Source of the DNA: Picochlorum sp. SENEW3
Lineage: Eukaryota
NCBI GenBank assembly: GCA_034226945.1
Contig: CP120458.1
Location: forward strand, 744,001 to 808,000
DNA length: 64,000 nucleotides
Direction of reading: 5' to 3'
The notes under the pieces were generated by a model. It saw only the letters and a program-made list of their open reading frames with translations. It did no database searches and was not told the origin of the DNA. A program made the position numbers and the translations under genes. Below, piece by piece: positions 62,520 to 64,000 of this stretch. The stretch's first letter is position 1, and each line of letters opens with the position of its first letter.

Positions 62520-63717
62520 TTACTTGGTTCTTTTGTAAATACGATTCAATAATGGCATGAAAACATCCTTTGGAAGCACATCTTGTCCTTCTATCTTGGC
62601 AATCATATCATTATAGCTGCTTGTTTCGTATTCTTTGAACAACTTTTCCAGTTCAAGGTCATTGTACAGGCTCTTGATGGCTGAGACTGATGCAGCGTCT
62701 GACTTGCCATAGTTCTTCTCTATCACAGATTTCTGTTCATCGGTAGCCCGTTTCAATGCTTGAACAACAAGCCATGAGCATTTGTTGTCCTCAATGTCGG
62801 TACCGATTTTCCCAATGGTCTCTGGATCTCCAAAGCAGTCCAGATAGTCATCCTGGATTTGAAAGTACTGCCCCATTGTCTTGCAAATGTCTTCTGCAAT
62901 GGCATATGCCTTTGGGTCCGAGGTCCCTTGTAAACGGAGTCCACACGCGATTGGCAAATAAAATGTATAGAAAGCAGTCTTGTACGTCACGATACGCATG
63001 TATCTTTCCTCTGTATACCGAGAAAGGTCGACAGATCCAATTGGGGCAGTGGTGGTATCAAGCAATTGCCCATGGGCAGTCTGATGCGTGACTTCATGGA
63101 ACAAGTCCAACAAATCAACGTACACCTCAGACGTCGAAAAATGCTTTTTCAAAATACGATAGATACAAGATTCCAGAATAATTCCGTCATTGATGGCAAT
63201 GAGACCAATATCTGGTTGCTTGTACCAACATGGCTGCCCTCTTCTGGTGATGGAATGGTCCATAATGTCGTCGGCTACCAAAAAGTACGCTTGTAACTGC
63301 ATTGGTGAGAAGAGTGAGAACAATGTGTGTGCGGGTGAATACAAACAAACAATCATATATGATGATGGTGCCATGACAACGTACAAATTCAATGCACCAT
63401 CCCAAGATGCGTGCCTTGTGAATCTGCTCCTCACTCATCTCTCCCTCACCAACTGACGCTTTGAATGCATCTAAAACCGCCATTCCTCGATTTAATTTAC
63501 CATGCGGTACATTATAATCGATCATCTGCAGTTGAACATGCAACCATGTGTTTAGGAACATAAATTCAGAATTCACATTGGGAATCACCACGCACCCTCT
63601 TCATCCATTCTTTCGTCTGTTCAGGCTGACCATCTCCCAACAGATCGTCATGAACAAGCTCATCACGCAATTGATCAAAGACTTTTAAAAATTCCTGCAG
63701 ATACATGTGCTCATATC
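62520..63717 (-). CDS. FPS: Farnesyl diphosphate synthase (multi-exon; 5' end approximate)
   Basis: YNVPHGKLNRG, LQAYFLVADDIMD..TRRGQPCWY, GQLLD, YKTAFYTF, FQIQDDYLD, GKIGTDIEDNKCSW. Confidence 0.95.
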
Positions 63718-64000
63718 ATGTGGTGAACTGACTGCTAGCAACTTCCCTTGTAGGACACATCATAGGCATCAAGAGAAGATAGATGTACAATCTATAGAAT
63801 CGAATCATCATAACAACATACCTGCTTCTCCTGATGCGCATCAGTCTTCTGTTTAGTATTATTGCCGGACATTTTTGTTGTGAGAAGACACAAATTGGAT
63901 CAGTCAAGAAGCTAATAATATCTGTATCTCTGGACAAAATACTACTCCCAGCACTGCAAGGGCATGTTTTTCTATTAAATAACGCCACGATCAGTTCAAT

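Overview
Eukaryotic DNA, most likely from a green alga: spliceosomal introns, and a plastid-type ADP-glucose pyrophosphorylase small subunit plus a farnesyl-diphosphate synthase at the right end. The first ~60.6 kb is a scrambled, transposon-dense island. It holds three L1/Tx1-like LINE families (one near full-length copy, one A/B chimera, several fragments), a virus/Polinton-like-virus-type tyrosine recombinase next to two iteron-like inverted-repeat arrays, a Zator-type transposase with its TIRs, and hAT and TA-flanked MITEs. It also holds a 5'-truncated Helitron helicase followed by two candidate Helitron 3' ends and an array of GNA-triloop hairpins, a complete CACTA/EnSpm-type element (31-bp TIRs, ATA TSD), a MULE-SWIM transposase, and a Fanzor1 (TnpB-like RNA-guided nuclease) with an intact RuvC triad whose stop codon overlaps the AGPase stop codon. 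Three likely membrane-associated glycan-modifying genes (TylF-type O-methyltransferase, Methyltransf_24-type methyltransferase, GT-B-like protein) sit between the mobile fragments. Many single-base frameshifts may be assembly errors. All family calls come from motif recognition by eye; no searches were run.
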